Shown here: positions 10,091-17,984 of the stretch, piece after piece | Position numbering within the stretch: position 1 is the first letter of the stretch | Layout of the letters: each line of letters opens with the position of its first letter | Assembly (NCBI GenBank): GCA_040389905.1 | Contig: JAZJZK010000041.1 | Location: 1 to 64,000 of the forward strand | Direction: 5' to 3' | Source: Gemmatimonadota bacterium | GTDB taxonomy: Bacteria > Gemmatimonadota > Gemmatimonadetes > Gemmatimonadales > Gemmatimonadaceae | Length of the DNA: 64,000 nt | Made by a program: the position numbers and the translations under genes | Notes under the pieces: generated by a model | What the model saw: the letters and a program-made list of their open reading frames with translations, nothing else | Databases searched by the model: none | What the model was told of the DNA's origin: nothing

Positions 10091-10122
10091 TGTCGCCCTC
10101 GAGCGAAGCGAAGGGCCCGCAC
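10091..10122. repeat. Degenerate half-copy of TGTCATCCCGAG-type palindromic intergenic element
   Basis: TGTCGCCCTCGAGCGAAGCGAAGGGCCCGCAC resembles the left arm of the 48106-48193 element; lies between convergent genes. Confidence 0.5.
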
Positions 10123-10133
10123 CTCCGCTTTAA

Positions 10134-13100
10134 CTACTGTCGTACTGGCGTTTTCGGCGCAGCGCGAACCGCATGCGCTGGTTGTCCGCCGATAGCCCGC
10201 CCATTCAAATCGGTCACCATTGGAGCCGGCCACGGCAGCTCCTTCATCTCGATGCGTACCGGCAGCGGCGCTCCTGGCAGCGGCTCGAAATACGGCACTC
10301 CGTCCGATTGCGATACATCGACGACATAGCCGATATCGATCAGCGACGCGGCCGTCAGTGGGCTCAGCGGATTCAGCCCGCCGCTCCCGGTCGTGAAGCC
10401 TGTCATGAGTTCCCGTTTGAGCACTGACTCGCGCCAGTGAGCATTTCGCGTCCCAGAGCCGCAACAGTTCTCGACAGGAACGACCGCGCCCTCGTATCCC
10501 GTTCCCATTTTCTGAAAGACCCACTTGGCGTTGACGCCGTCGAACGTGGGGTCGCCAGCCGGGTCTGGAGTCGACGGCGCAGGGTTGAGCAGCAGATTCT
10601 CCCAATTCGTGCCGATGCCGAGCACGTGACCAACCTCGTGCAGGACGACGGGATTCAATGTCCCATTCGACTCCATGTTCGCGACGTCGGCTTGATCCAG
10701 GGTGATGCGACCGATGTACGCGTGACCTGACCCGTTCCGAACAACGCACGGGCCACCATTGCCCAGCGTGCCACCGGTGCCGTCGATGGTCGCCACGGAG
10801 ACATAGATGATCAGGTCGTCGATCGTCTCCGTCAGATTGTTCGGGAGCGTTGGAACGCAGTTCGAGAGATTGAGGTTGTTGACCGGCACATTCGGCAAGT
10901 CGCCGCGGATGATCTGCGACCAGCGAGTCGACGCGGTCGCGAACGCGGTGGCCACCGCCGTGGGGAGTGTGGTCAGCGGGCGGATCTCGATGTTGAAGGC
11001 CTGAGCGGTCGTGCCTACGGTGAGCGTCGCCGAGTTCGACACTTCGCCGATCGTTGCCGTGATGGTCGACGTTCCGCTTCCAAGCGCCTGCACGGTGCCA
11101 TCAGCGGCGACACGCGCAACGTTCGGGGATGACGACGACCACGTGACCGCCGCACCAATGACGGTACCGCCGGGATTCTTCACCTCGGCGGTTGCGGTCG
11201 TCGTGTTGTTCCCGGTGAGTGAGTTGCTGCCGAGCGACACCGCGATCGAGCCGACGACGATTCCGCCCGACACGGTGACTGTCGTCGAGCCACTGATACC
11301 GTTGGCCGTCGCGGTAATGGTGGTCGACCCGTTCGCGATACCAGTGACGAGACCCGCCGCCGAGACCGTCGCAACCGCTGGAATCGAGGAGCTCCACGTG
11401 ACGGGCCAACCGGAGACCACTGCATTCGCGGTATCGCGTGCCGTCGCAGTCATCTGCTGTGTGCCCCCGATCGGGACATTCTGAGCCGATGGAGTCACCG
11501 CCACGCTCGCGATTGGAGCGATCGTTACGGTCAGTGGGCTTTCTCCACGCGTGACCGACGGACTGATCCAGTACACGACCACGTCGGAGGCGCCGGCACG
11601 GACATCTTGTACGCCGCGCACCGTCAGTCGCACGAACCCAGGCGCCGGTTGCGACGCGAGCGACGTGGTATACGCCAGGGTGCCGGTCGTGGGATTCGTG
11701 AGGTTGTCGCACGCGTCGGTCGACTCGCCATCGAACTCCTGCGTAAGCGTGCCGGTCGTCCACTGAACTCCGCCGCAATACAGGTCGCCATTTCTCGCGT
11801 CGAGCGCGCCGGAGGGATCTGCGATCTTCCACGCGACCGGAATCGGAGCGCCGATCGCAGCACTCGGCCGCAGCGTGGTCATGGTAAACGTCGCCGGCGT
11901 CAGCGTCAGGGAACGGTTCACGATGCCCGCGGGGACGGAGATCGTGAACTGGCCCCCTGCGAGAAACAGCGAATTCGTCGTGGTCCCAGCATCGATCGCC
12001 ACCACGCGCACGGTGTAACTGCCGGCCGACGGCAGCACGAGATCCATCGTGCCTCCGGTCATCGCGGTGCCCGTCAGCGAAAAGCCGAGGAATCCGCTGA
12101 TACTCGCACCAGAGACCTGCGCGATGTACTGGCGCGCCGTGCGCCCTGATTGCGCGACCGTCAGGTGGACGGTCGGCACTGCTGCGGCAACGGTCAGCGC
12201 GACGGAGGCGGAGACGGCTGGATTGGTGATAGAAGTTGCCGTAATCGTCGTGGTGCCTACGGCCACCGTCGCGACGAAGCCATCGGCGTTGACGGTCGCG
12301 ATGCCCGGATTGCTCGAGGTCCAGGTGAACGATGCGCAGCCCGTCAGGTCGGCACTCGCCGCATTACGCGGCGTCACCGCGAGTTGCAGCGTCCCTCCCG
12401 CGGTAATCGTCTGCGCGCCGCTCGGTGTGATCGAAGCGCTGGCCACGGTTGGCGCGGTGAACGCATCCGTGTTGACGCGCGCGGCCGCGCCGAGCGCTAC
12501 GCTGAAGCGGGCGACCTGCTGCGCATCGATGATGTTCACACTGCCGTCCGCCGTCACGTCGCCGCGGTACGAAAGCGCATTTGCATTGGCGACACTGAGG
12601 CCCACACTGGCGCGAGCGATCTGCTGAGCGTCGATGATATTGACGACGTCGTCGCTGTTTACGTCGCCCCACCTGCCGGACAAGGCCACGCAGACGTCGA
12701 GCCCTCGGGGCCGAAGCAGCTGAAGGATGCTCTCGGCCGTCGCACGCGCAGCCGCCGTCGGAGCAACGGTGACGCGGGTTCCGCCGCTCGTAGCGCCCGC
12801 CGTGAAGTACGCATTCATCAAGCTGCTGCTGCTCGCGAGTGCGGTCGCGTTCGATGTCGTGAACGTCGCCAGGCCGCTGGACAGGCTCGCGCTGAAGCTC
12901 CAACCGAGTCCAGGCACGGTGCGCAGGGAGTCGAGCGTGAGTTGACTCGCACCCCAGCCGATGCTTCCACTCAGCGACGCGATATTCTCCGAGCCGGCAT
13001 TCGTGAGATCCACGACCACCGGAACTGTAATCTTGCCCCCTGGCAATACGACGGCGCTCGGGGCGCTGCCTGCGGACACCGTGATACTCTGTGCGGCGAG

Positions 13101-13205
13101 GGGCGCCGCGATGCTGCTCACCGCCGCGAGAAGGGCAACGGCGGCGACGACGCCAAGCGCCCGTTTCCGGGGGGCATTGTCACGGGGTCGATACATCCAG
13201 GTCAT
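10134..13205 (-). CDS. Secreted modular protein: cohesin-like + dockerin + Ig-like (Big-2) domains + leishmanolysin (M8)-like zinc metallopeptidase
   Basis: Signal peptide ...LAAQ. Duplicated Ca-loop/helix GDVNSDDVVNIIDAQQIAR / GDVTADGSVNIIDAQQVAR (~12490-12675). Three Big-2 motifs (WTSSNPGIATV, WSSSIPAVATV, WSSSSPNVARV). VLHEVGHVLGIG and AHWRESVLKRELMT. Start 13205 or 13196 (track ORF extends to 13370). Confidence 0.88.
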   Translation of the reverse strand: MTWMYRPRDNAPRKRALGVVAAVALLAAVSSIAAPLAAQSITVSAGSAPSAVVLPGGKITVPVVVDLTNAGSENIASLSGSIGWGASQLTLDSLRTVPGLGWSFSASLSSGLATFTTSNATALASSSSLMNAYFTAGATSGGTRVTVAPTAAARATAESILQLLRPRGLDVCVALSGRWGDVNSDDVVNIIDAQQIARASVGLSVANANALSYRGDVTADGSVNIIDAQQVARFSVALGAAARVNTDAFTAPTVASASITPSGAQTITAGGTLQLAVTPRNAASADLTGCASFTWTSSNPGIATVNADGFVATVAVGTTTITATSITNPAVSASVALTVAAAVPTVHLTVAQSGRTARQYIAQVSGASISGFLGFSLTGTAMTGGTMDLVLPSAGSYTVRVVAIDAGTTTNSLFLAGGQFTISVPAGIVNRSLTLTPATFTMTTLRPSAAIGAPIPVAWKIADPSGALDARNGDLYCGGVQWTTGTLTQEFDGESTDACDNLTNPTTGTLAYTTSLASQPAPGFVRLTVRGVQDVRAGASDVVVYWISPSVTRGESPLTVTIAPIASVAVTPSAQNVPIGGTQQMTATARDTANAVVSGWPVTWSSSIPAVATVSAAGLVTGIANGSTTITATANGISGSTTVTVSGGIVVGSIAVSLGSNSLTGNNTTTATAEVKNPGGTVIGAAVTWSSSSPNVARVAADGTVQALGSGTSTITATIGEVSNSATLTVGTTAQAFNIEIRPLTTLPTAVATAFATASTRWSQIIRGDLPNVPVNNLNLSNCVPTLPNNLTETIDDLIIYVSVATIDGTGGTLGNGGPCVVRNGSGHAYIGRITLDQADVANMESNGTLNPVVLHEVGHVLGIGTNWENLLLNPAPSTPDPAGDPTFDGVNAKWVFQKMGTGYEGAVVPVENCCGSGTRNAHWRESVLKRELMTGFTTGSGGLNPLSPLTAASLIDIGYVVDVSQSDGVPYFEPLPGAPLPVRIEMKELPWPAPMVTDLNGRAIGGQPAHAVRAAPKTPVRQ

Positions 13206-13348
13206 GACGCAATTGGCAGGGTCGACGTGGTCGCGGCAAGAGCATCTGAGTGATTTCTCTCTCGGTAGACCCGCTGGCTGTCGCGGACCCCGCATGCTAG
13301 TCTTGCGGCACGGTATACAATTCGATATCCCTTTCAACCGACTGACGA

Positions 13349-14686
13349 ATGGGCGCCATGCGCCTTGCACTCTGTGGCACAGCGCTGATCGCTTTCACCG
13401 CCGCCGGAGCGCAGACGCGCGTGACGGTGCGTGGCACCGCGTACGATAGCGTGCGAGCGCTGCCGATTGTGAATGCGTTCGTGAGTATCGCCGGCAGGAG
13501 CGCGATGACGGACACGGCCGGCTTCTTCCAAATCGACAGTATCACGCCCGGACCGCACACCGTTGCGCTTCAACACGAATCACTCGATTCGCTCGGCCTT
13601 TCCGGCGTCACGGTCAAGTCCGTGGTCACGGACGGGCGTGACACGATTCGCCTGGGAGTCCCGAGCTTCAGCAGTCTCTGGCGCGTCGTGTGCGGTCGGC
13701 CGGCGCCGGCGCTCGATAGCGGTGTCGTCTTCGGGTCGATTCGCGACGTTGCAGCGCAACAACCGGTGAACGGGGCCAGCGTTTCCGCGAGCTGGCTCGA
13801 TCTCACGGTCGGCGCGGGTGGCGCGCTCGCGCAGAAGCGGTGGAAGCTGACCGCGACCTCGGATGCCAGCGGCTCTTATGCCTTGTGCGGTCTACCCGTT
13901 GATGTCGTGACTCAGGTACATGCGGCGACCGACTCGGCGGCGAGTGGCGCAATCGACCAGGTCGTTCCCACAGCGCTCCGCATCCAGCGCCGAGACCTTG
14001 TGGTTGGCACCACGGGCGAGAGCCCGCTGGCGAAAGGAACGATCTCCGGCGTGGTGACGAACGAGGCAGGACGGCCACTGGCCGAGGCGCGTGTGGCAGT
14101 AACGGACGTGCCGGAAGTGAGAACGGACGCCGAGGGGCGCTTTACGATTCGCGGAGTGCGCTCGGGCACGCAACAGCTCGAGGCGCTCTCGCTGGGGCTG
14201 CTCCCTGGTATCGTCGCCGTCGACGTTCGACCGAACGCCGTGGCCGATGTGTTGATCGCCCTCGTCAAGGGTCACACGTTGGATACGGTGAAGGTCAACG
14301 CGACGTCCGTGCGCCGGAACATGATTGCCGACATCGAGAGCCGCCGGAAGAGCGGGACGGGGCACTACATCGATTCGACGAAGGTCAACCAATACCCGAG
14401 GCTCTTGTCCGTCTTCGAGGAGATTCCGAGCACGCGCACGCAAAATGGAGCGGTGTACTTCACCAGCAACAATCCGAAGGGCTGTCTCGCTTACCTCTGG
14501 GTCGACGGGATGCGGATCACTCCGAATCCACGCGATGTGTCCTTCGAGCTTTCGAACATCCAAGCGCTGGACATCGCGCAGATCGAAGTCTACTCGCACC
14601 CTGGATCCGTGCCGATAAAGTTCCAGGGAAAACTGGGACAAGCCTGTGGTGCCGTCGTCATCTGGACGAAGCGCATCCTGCCGTGA
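13349..14686 (+). CDS. Secreted protein with carboxypeptidase-regulatory-like domains and a C-terminal TonB plug-like domain
   Basis: Signal peptide. Repeated TDxxGxFxI motifs. C-terminal LWVDG...DIAQIEVY...CGAVVIWTK plug-like motif; no beta-barrel. Confidence 0.75.
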   Translation: MGAMRLALCGTALIAFTAAGAQTRVTVRGTAYDSVRALPIVNAFVSIAGRSAMTDTAGFFQIDSITPGPHTVALQHESLDSLGLSGVTVKSVVTDGRDTIRLGVPSFSSLWRVVCGRPAPALDSGVVFGSIRDVAAQQPVNGASVSASWLDLTVGAGGALAQKRWKLTATSDASGSYALCGLPVDVVTQVHAATDSAASGAIDQVVPTALRIQRRDLVVGTTGESPLAKGTISGVVTNEAGRPLAEARVAVTDVPEVRTDAEGRFTIRGVRSGTQQLEALSLGLLPGIVAVDVRPNAVADVLIALVKGHTLDTVKVNATSVRRNMIADIESRRKSGTGHYIDSTKVNQYPRLLSVFEEIPSTRTQNGAVYFTSNNPKGCLAYLWVDGMRITPNPRDVSFELSNIQALDIAQIEVYSHPGSVPIKFQGKLGQACGAVVIWTKRILP

Positions 14687-14774
14687 TTAGATGTCAGTCA
14701 CGACGGAGCGGTAAATAGCGCTGAGTTCGTCTCGCTCGAGAAGAAAACGAGTGGCAGACGCACTTCATATGTTT

Positions 14775-14789
14775 GGGCACGAATGCTGC
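14775..14789 (+). promoter_or_regulatory. Possible sigma54 (-24/-12) promoter of the deacetylase-GT2-acyltransferase operon
   Basis: GGGCACGAATGCTGC: GG-N10-GC with GGCACG core; imperfect match to TGGCACG-N4-TTGC. Confidence 0.25.
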
Positions 14790-14802
14790 CCTTCGGCCCT
14801 GC

Positions 14803-15708
14803 ATGTCGGACTTTGTCATTCGAAGCGATTGCGAGTCGCGGTTCACTGTCAGCGATACGCATTGTGAGGTGATCCTCGAGCAGCTGGTGGCTGCCAAGGC
14901 GCTGTCGAGTGGAGAGCCCCTGCAACTGCTGATTGTGGTTGCGCATCCGGACGACGAAGCAATCGGCGCAGGCGCGTTGCTTCGCCACTATCCGAGTGCG
15001 ACCATCGCGCACCTCACGGATGGCGGAGGGGTTGGGGAGCACACCGCGGTGGCGCGCGGTTTCGAATGTCGGGCCGATTACGCAACGGCGAGACGGGCGG
15101 AAGTACTCGCCGCACTTTCGCTCGTTGGTATTCCAGACCAACGCGTTCGTGCGCTCGGCATTCCCGATGGGGAGGCCGGCCACCGGCTTCTCGAATGCTG
15201 CCAGGAGGTCATCGATCTCATCGACGACGTGCGGCCAGATGTCGTGCTCACGCATCCCTACGAAGGCGGGCACAGCGACCACGATGCGACGGCGTTCGCC
15301 GTGCATCTCGCGGCGGGCGTGCTGAGGCGCGAAGGGGGATGTGCCCCGATCATCCTCGAGCTGACGTCGTATCACAACTCCAACGGCGAGCGCGTGCGGG
15401 GGCGCTTTCTTCCGCGAGATGGCGTGCGAGTCCGAACGATTCAGCTCGATCCCTGTGCGCAGGCGCTCAAGACGGGAATGTTCGCGGCGTTCACGAGCCA
15501 GCGTGATGTGGTCGACAAGTTTCCCGTCGATGCGGAGCGCTTCCGAGTCGCGCCGCGCTACCTGTTCACGGAGGCGCCCCATCTTGGCGTGCTGGACTAC
15601 GAGCGCTTCTGTGGCTCAATCACGGGCAAGGCGTGGCGCGAAATGGCGGCCAAGGCCCTCGATTCGCTTCGCGCGAGACGGCGAACCGTCTCCCACCAGT
15701 TGGACTGA
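14803..15708 (+). CDS. PIG-L/LmbE family deacetylase
   Basis: VAHPDDE, RRAE and HPYEGGHSDH motifs. Start uncertain (14803 ATG or 14869 GTG). Confidence 0.85.
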   Translation: MSDFVIRSDCESRFTVSDTHCEVILEQLVAAKALSSGEPLQLLIVVAHPDDEAIGAGALLRHYPSATIAHLTDGGGVGEHTAVARGFECRADYATARRAEVLAALSLVGIPDQRVRALGIPDGEAGHRLLECCQEVIDLIDDVRPDVVLTHPYEGGHSDHDATAFAVHLAAGVLRREGGCAPIILELTSYHNSNGERVRGRFLPRDGVRVRTIQLDPCAQALKTGMFAAFTSQRDVVDKFPVDAERFRVAPRYLFTEAPHLGVLDYERFCGSITGKAWREMAAKALDSLRARRRTVSHQLD

Positions 15709-17984
15709 TGGACACCCCGCCAACCGCTTCCACGACCATTCGCGCCGAAATCTCCGACGTTCCGCACTTCTCGAAGGGCCGAGAGCGGTTCATCAGGATG
15801 TTCGGCATCTTCTCGCTGATCGTGGGCCTCTGCTGGCTCTACTGGCGGTGGAACTACACGCTGAACCCCGACGCGATGTGGTTCTCCCTGCTACTCGTCA
15901 GCGCAGAGACGTGGGGCCTGTTCATCTCCGCGATGTTTCTGTTCAATGCGTGGAGAATTCCCGAACGGGAGCATCTGCCACCGGCACAGGGCAGGAGTGT
16001 GGACGTGTTCATCACGGCCTACGACGAGCCGCTGGAAGTGTTGCGTCGCACCGCGCTCGGCGCCAAGGCGATCCGGTATCCACACCGCACCTATGTGCTC
16101 GACGACGGCAAGCGCGATGAAGTGCGTGCGCTGACCGAGGAACTCGGGATTGGCTACATCCGCCGCGTCGGAAGTATCAACGCGAAGGCCGGCAATCTCA
16201 ATCACGCCATCAGTGTTACGCGCGGTGAGTTCATCCTGCAGCTCGACACGGATCATGTGCCGCTCCCCAACATTGTCGACGAGCTACTCGGGTATTTCAA
16301 CGATCCACTGGTTGCCCTCGTGCAGTCGCCGCAAGACTTCTATAACACGGACTCATTCACGCACGTCGTCAACGCGGGTGCGAAATCACTCTGGGAAGAG
16401 AACCGCATTTTCTACTCGCTGATCCAGCCGGGAAAGGACTATTGGAACGGATCGTTCTTCTGCGGCAGTTGCGGCATGCTGCGGCGGAGTGCGATCGAGG
16501 CAATCGGCGGATTTTCCACCAAGACGATCATCGAAGACATGGAAACGTCCATCGTGCTGCACACGCACGGATGGAAGTCGCGCTACCATCAGGAGGCCCT
16601 CGCGTTCGGGCTGTCCCCGAGCAGCGCGAGCGCGTTTCACGTTCAACGCATGCGGTGGGCGCAGGGCTCGATGCAGATCCTTCGCAAAATGAATCCGCTC
16701 TTCCTCCCCGGACTCCAGCCTGGGCAACGCCTCACTTACCTGACCGCCAACCTGTATCCGTTCGACGGCTGGCAGAAGCTGATCTTCTACCTGTCGCCCG
16801 TCGTGTTCCTGCTCACCGGCCTGGTGCCGGTGAAGGCCGACACGGGCGTGTTGATGGCGGCACTCAGTGTGTATCTCATCGTCTCGATCGCGAGCTTCGA
16901 ACTCACCGCGCGTGGTACGGGATACATCCTGATTTCGGAACGGTACAACGTTGCGAAGTTCTGGACCTTTGCCATTGCGACGTTGACGCTGTTCACGAAC
17001 AAGAAGCTCAAGTTCAACGTTACGCCGAAAGGCATCTCCGACATCCCGCTTCAGACGTACCTGCCGCATCTCCTCCTGCTGATCGTATCGGCAGTTGCTC
17101 TCGTCTGGGCACCGCTCGCATTTCACTACGGCTGGGTGAACTACCAGGTCAAGTCGTTCGACCTGGCGTTCATCGTCAGCATGGTGTGGCTCTGTTGGAA
17201 CATCTACTACTCCGCGGGGGTGGTGCGGTTGAGCAGGGGGGCGCGCCAGCAGCGTGCGGACCATCGGTTCGTGGACGACGTGCCGGTGACGCTGGCGCTC
17301 GACGACGGAAGCGTTCCGTCGGAGTGGCCCGCGGCCGTGGCGATGACGGAGAATCTCAATCCGTCCGGCATGGCATTCCGTGCGACGTTCGAGCTGCCGG
17401 CGGGAACACCGCTCCGCTGCTCGCTGCCCCTGTCGAGTGAAACGGTGAACGTCGTGGGGAAGGTGATGCATGTTGCGCGAGAGCATGCAGCCCACGGAAA
17501 CGTCTTCGTGCATGGCGTGTTGTTCGAGGACGTTCCCGTGTCGGTGCGCGACGCCATCGAGACGCATTGCACGCAGCATGCGGTCCCGGTTTGGCGGCGG
17601 CGGTATCGCCAGAGCGTGGACGTCGTTGCGCGCGCCGCGGAAGTACTGCGCAACCCGCGCCGCAACAAGCGCGTTCGGATTCAGCTTCCAGCCCGTCTCG
17701 TCATTGGTGAGGGTGCTACGGAACGCATTTCCGGGGGCTTGCTCGAGGAATTGAGCCCCCAGGGCGCTCGGCTCCTCGTTGAACTGGCGATTCTTCCGGG
17801 AACGCCCATTCGCTTCGAAGTGCCGGGTTCGGAGATCGACGGAAGCGGACGCGTCGTCTTCTCGAGCGCTCTCGAGTCGCCGATGAACGTGCGCTTTACG
17901 ATTGGCGTCGCGCTCGATGCTCCAATCGCATTCGGACACAGCCGCTCGCGCATCGGGCGGCCTGGCGTCGGAAGCGTCGCATGA
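15708..17984 (+). CDS. bcsA: Cellulose synthase-like GT2 with two C-terminal PilZ domains (paralog 1)
   Basis: DDG, KAGNLN, DTD, QSPQDFYN, FFCGS, IED, QRMRW, FNVTPK; RxxxR PilZ motifs (RADHR, RRNKR). TGATG coupling to the upstream gene. Confidence 0.85.
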   Translation: MDTPPTASTTIRAEISDVPHFSKGRERFIRMFGIFSLIVGLCWLYWRWNYTLNPDAMWFSLLLVSAETWGLFISAMFLFNAWRIPEREHLPPAQGRSVDVFITAYDEPLEVLRRTALGAKAIRYPHRTYVLDDGKRDEVRALTEELGIGYIRRVGSINAKAGNLNHAISVTRGEFILQLDTDHVPLPNIVDELLGYFNDPLVALVQSPQDFYNTDSFTHVVNAGAKSLWEENRIFYSLIQPGKDYWNGSFFCGSCGMLRRSAIEAIGGFSTKTIIEDMETSIVLHTHGWKSRYHQEALAFGLSPSSASAFHVQRMRWAQGSMQILRKMNPLFLPGLQPGQRLTYLTANLYPFDGWQKLIFYLSPVVFLLTGLVPVKADTGVLMAALSVYLIVSIASFELTARGTGYILISERYNVAKFWTFAIATLTLFTNKKLKFNVTPKGISDIPLQTYLPHLLLLIVSAVALVWAPLAFHYGWVNYQVKSFDLAFIVSMVWLCWNIYYSAGVVRLSRGARQQRADHRFVDDVPVTLALDDGSVPSEWPAAVAMTENLNPSGMAFRATFELPAGTPLRCSLPLSSETVNVVGKVMHVAREHAAHGNVFVHGVLFEDVPVSVRDAIETHCTQHAVPVWRRRYRQSVDVVARAAEVLRNPRRNKRVRIQLPARLVIGEGATERISGGLLEELSPQGARLLVELAILPGTPIRFEVPGSEIDGSGRVVFSSALESPMNVRFTIGVALDAPIAFGHSRSRIGRPGVGSVA

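Noticed and set aside
13206..13348. Riboswitch or ncRNA in intergenic regions (also 25339-25500 and 58812-58914)
   Set aside because: No recognisable conserved aptamer motif by eye; an Rfam/Infernal scan would be needed.
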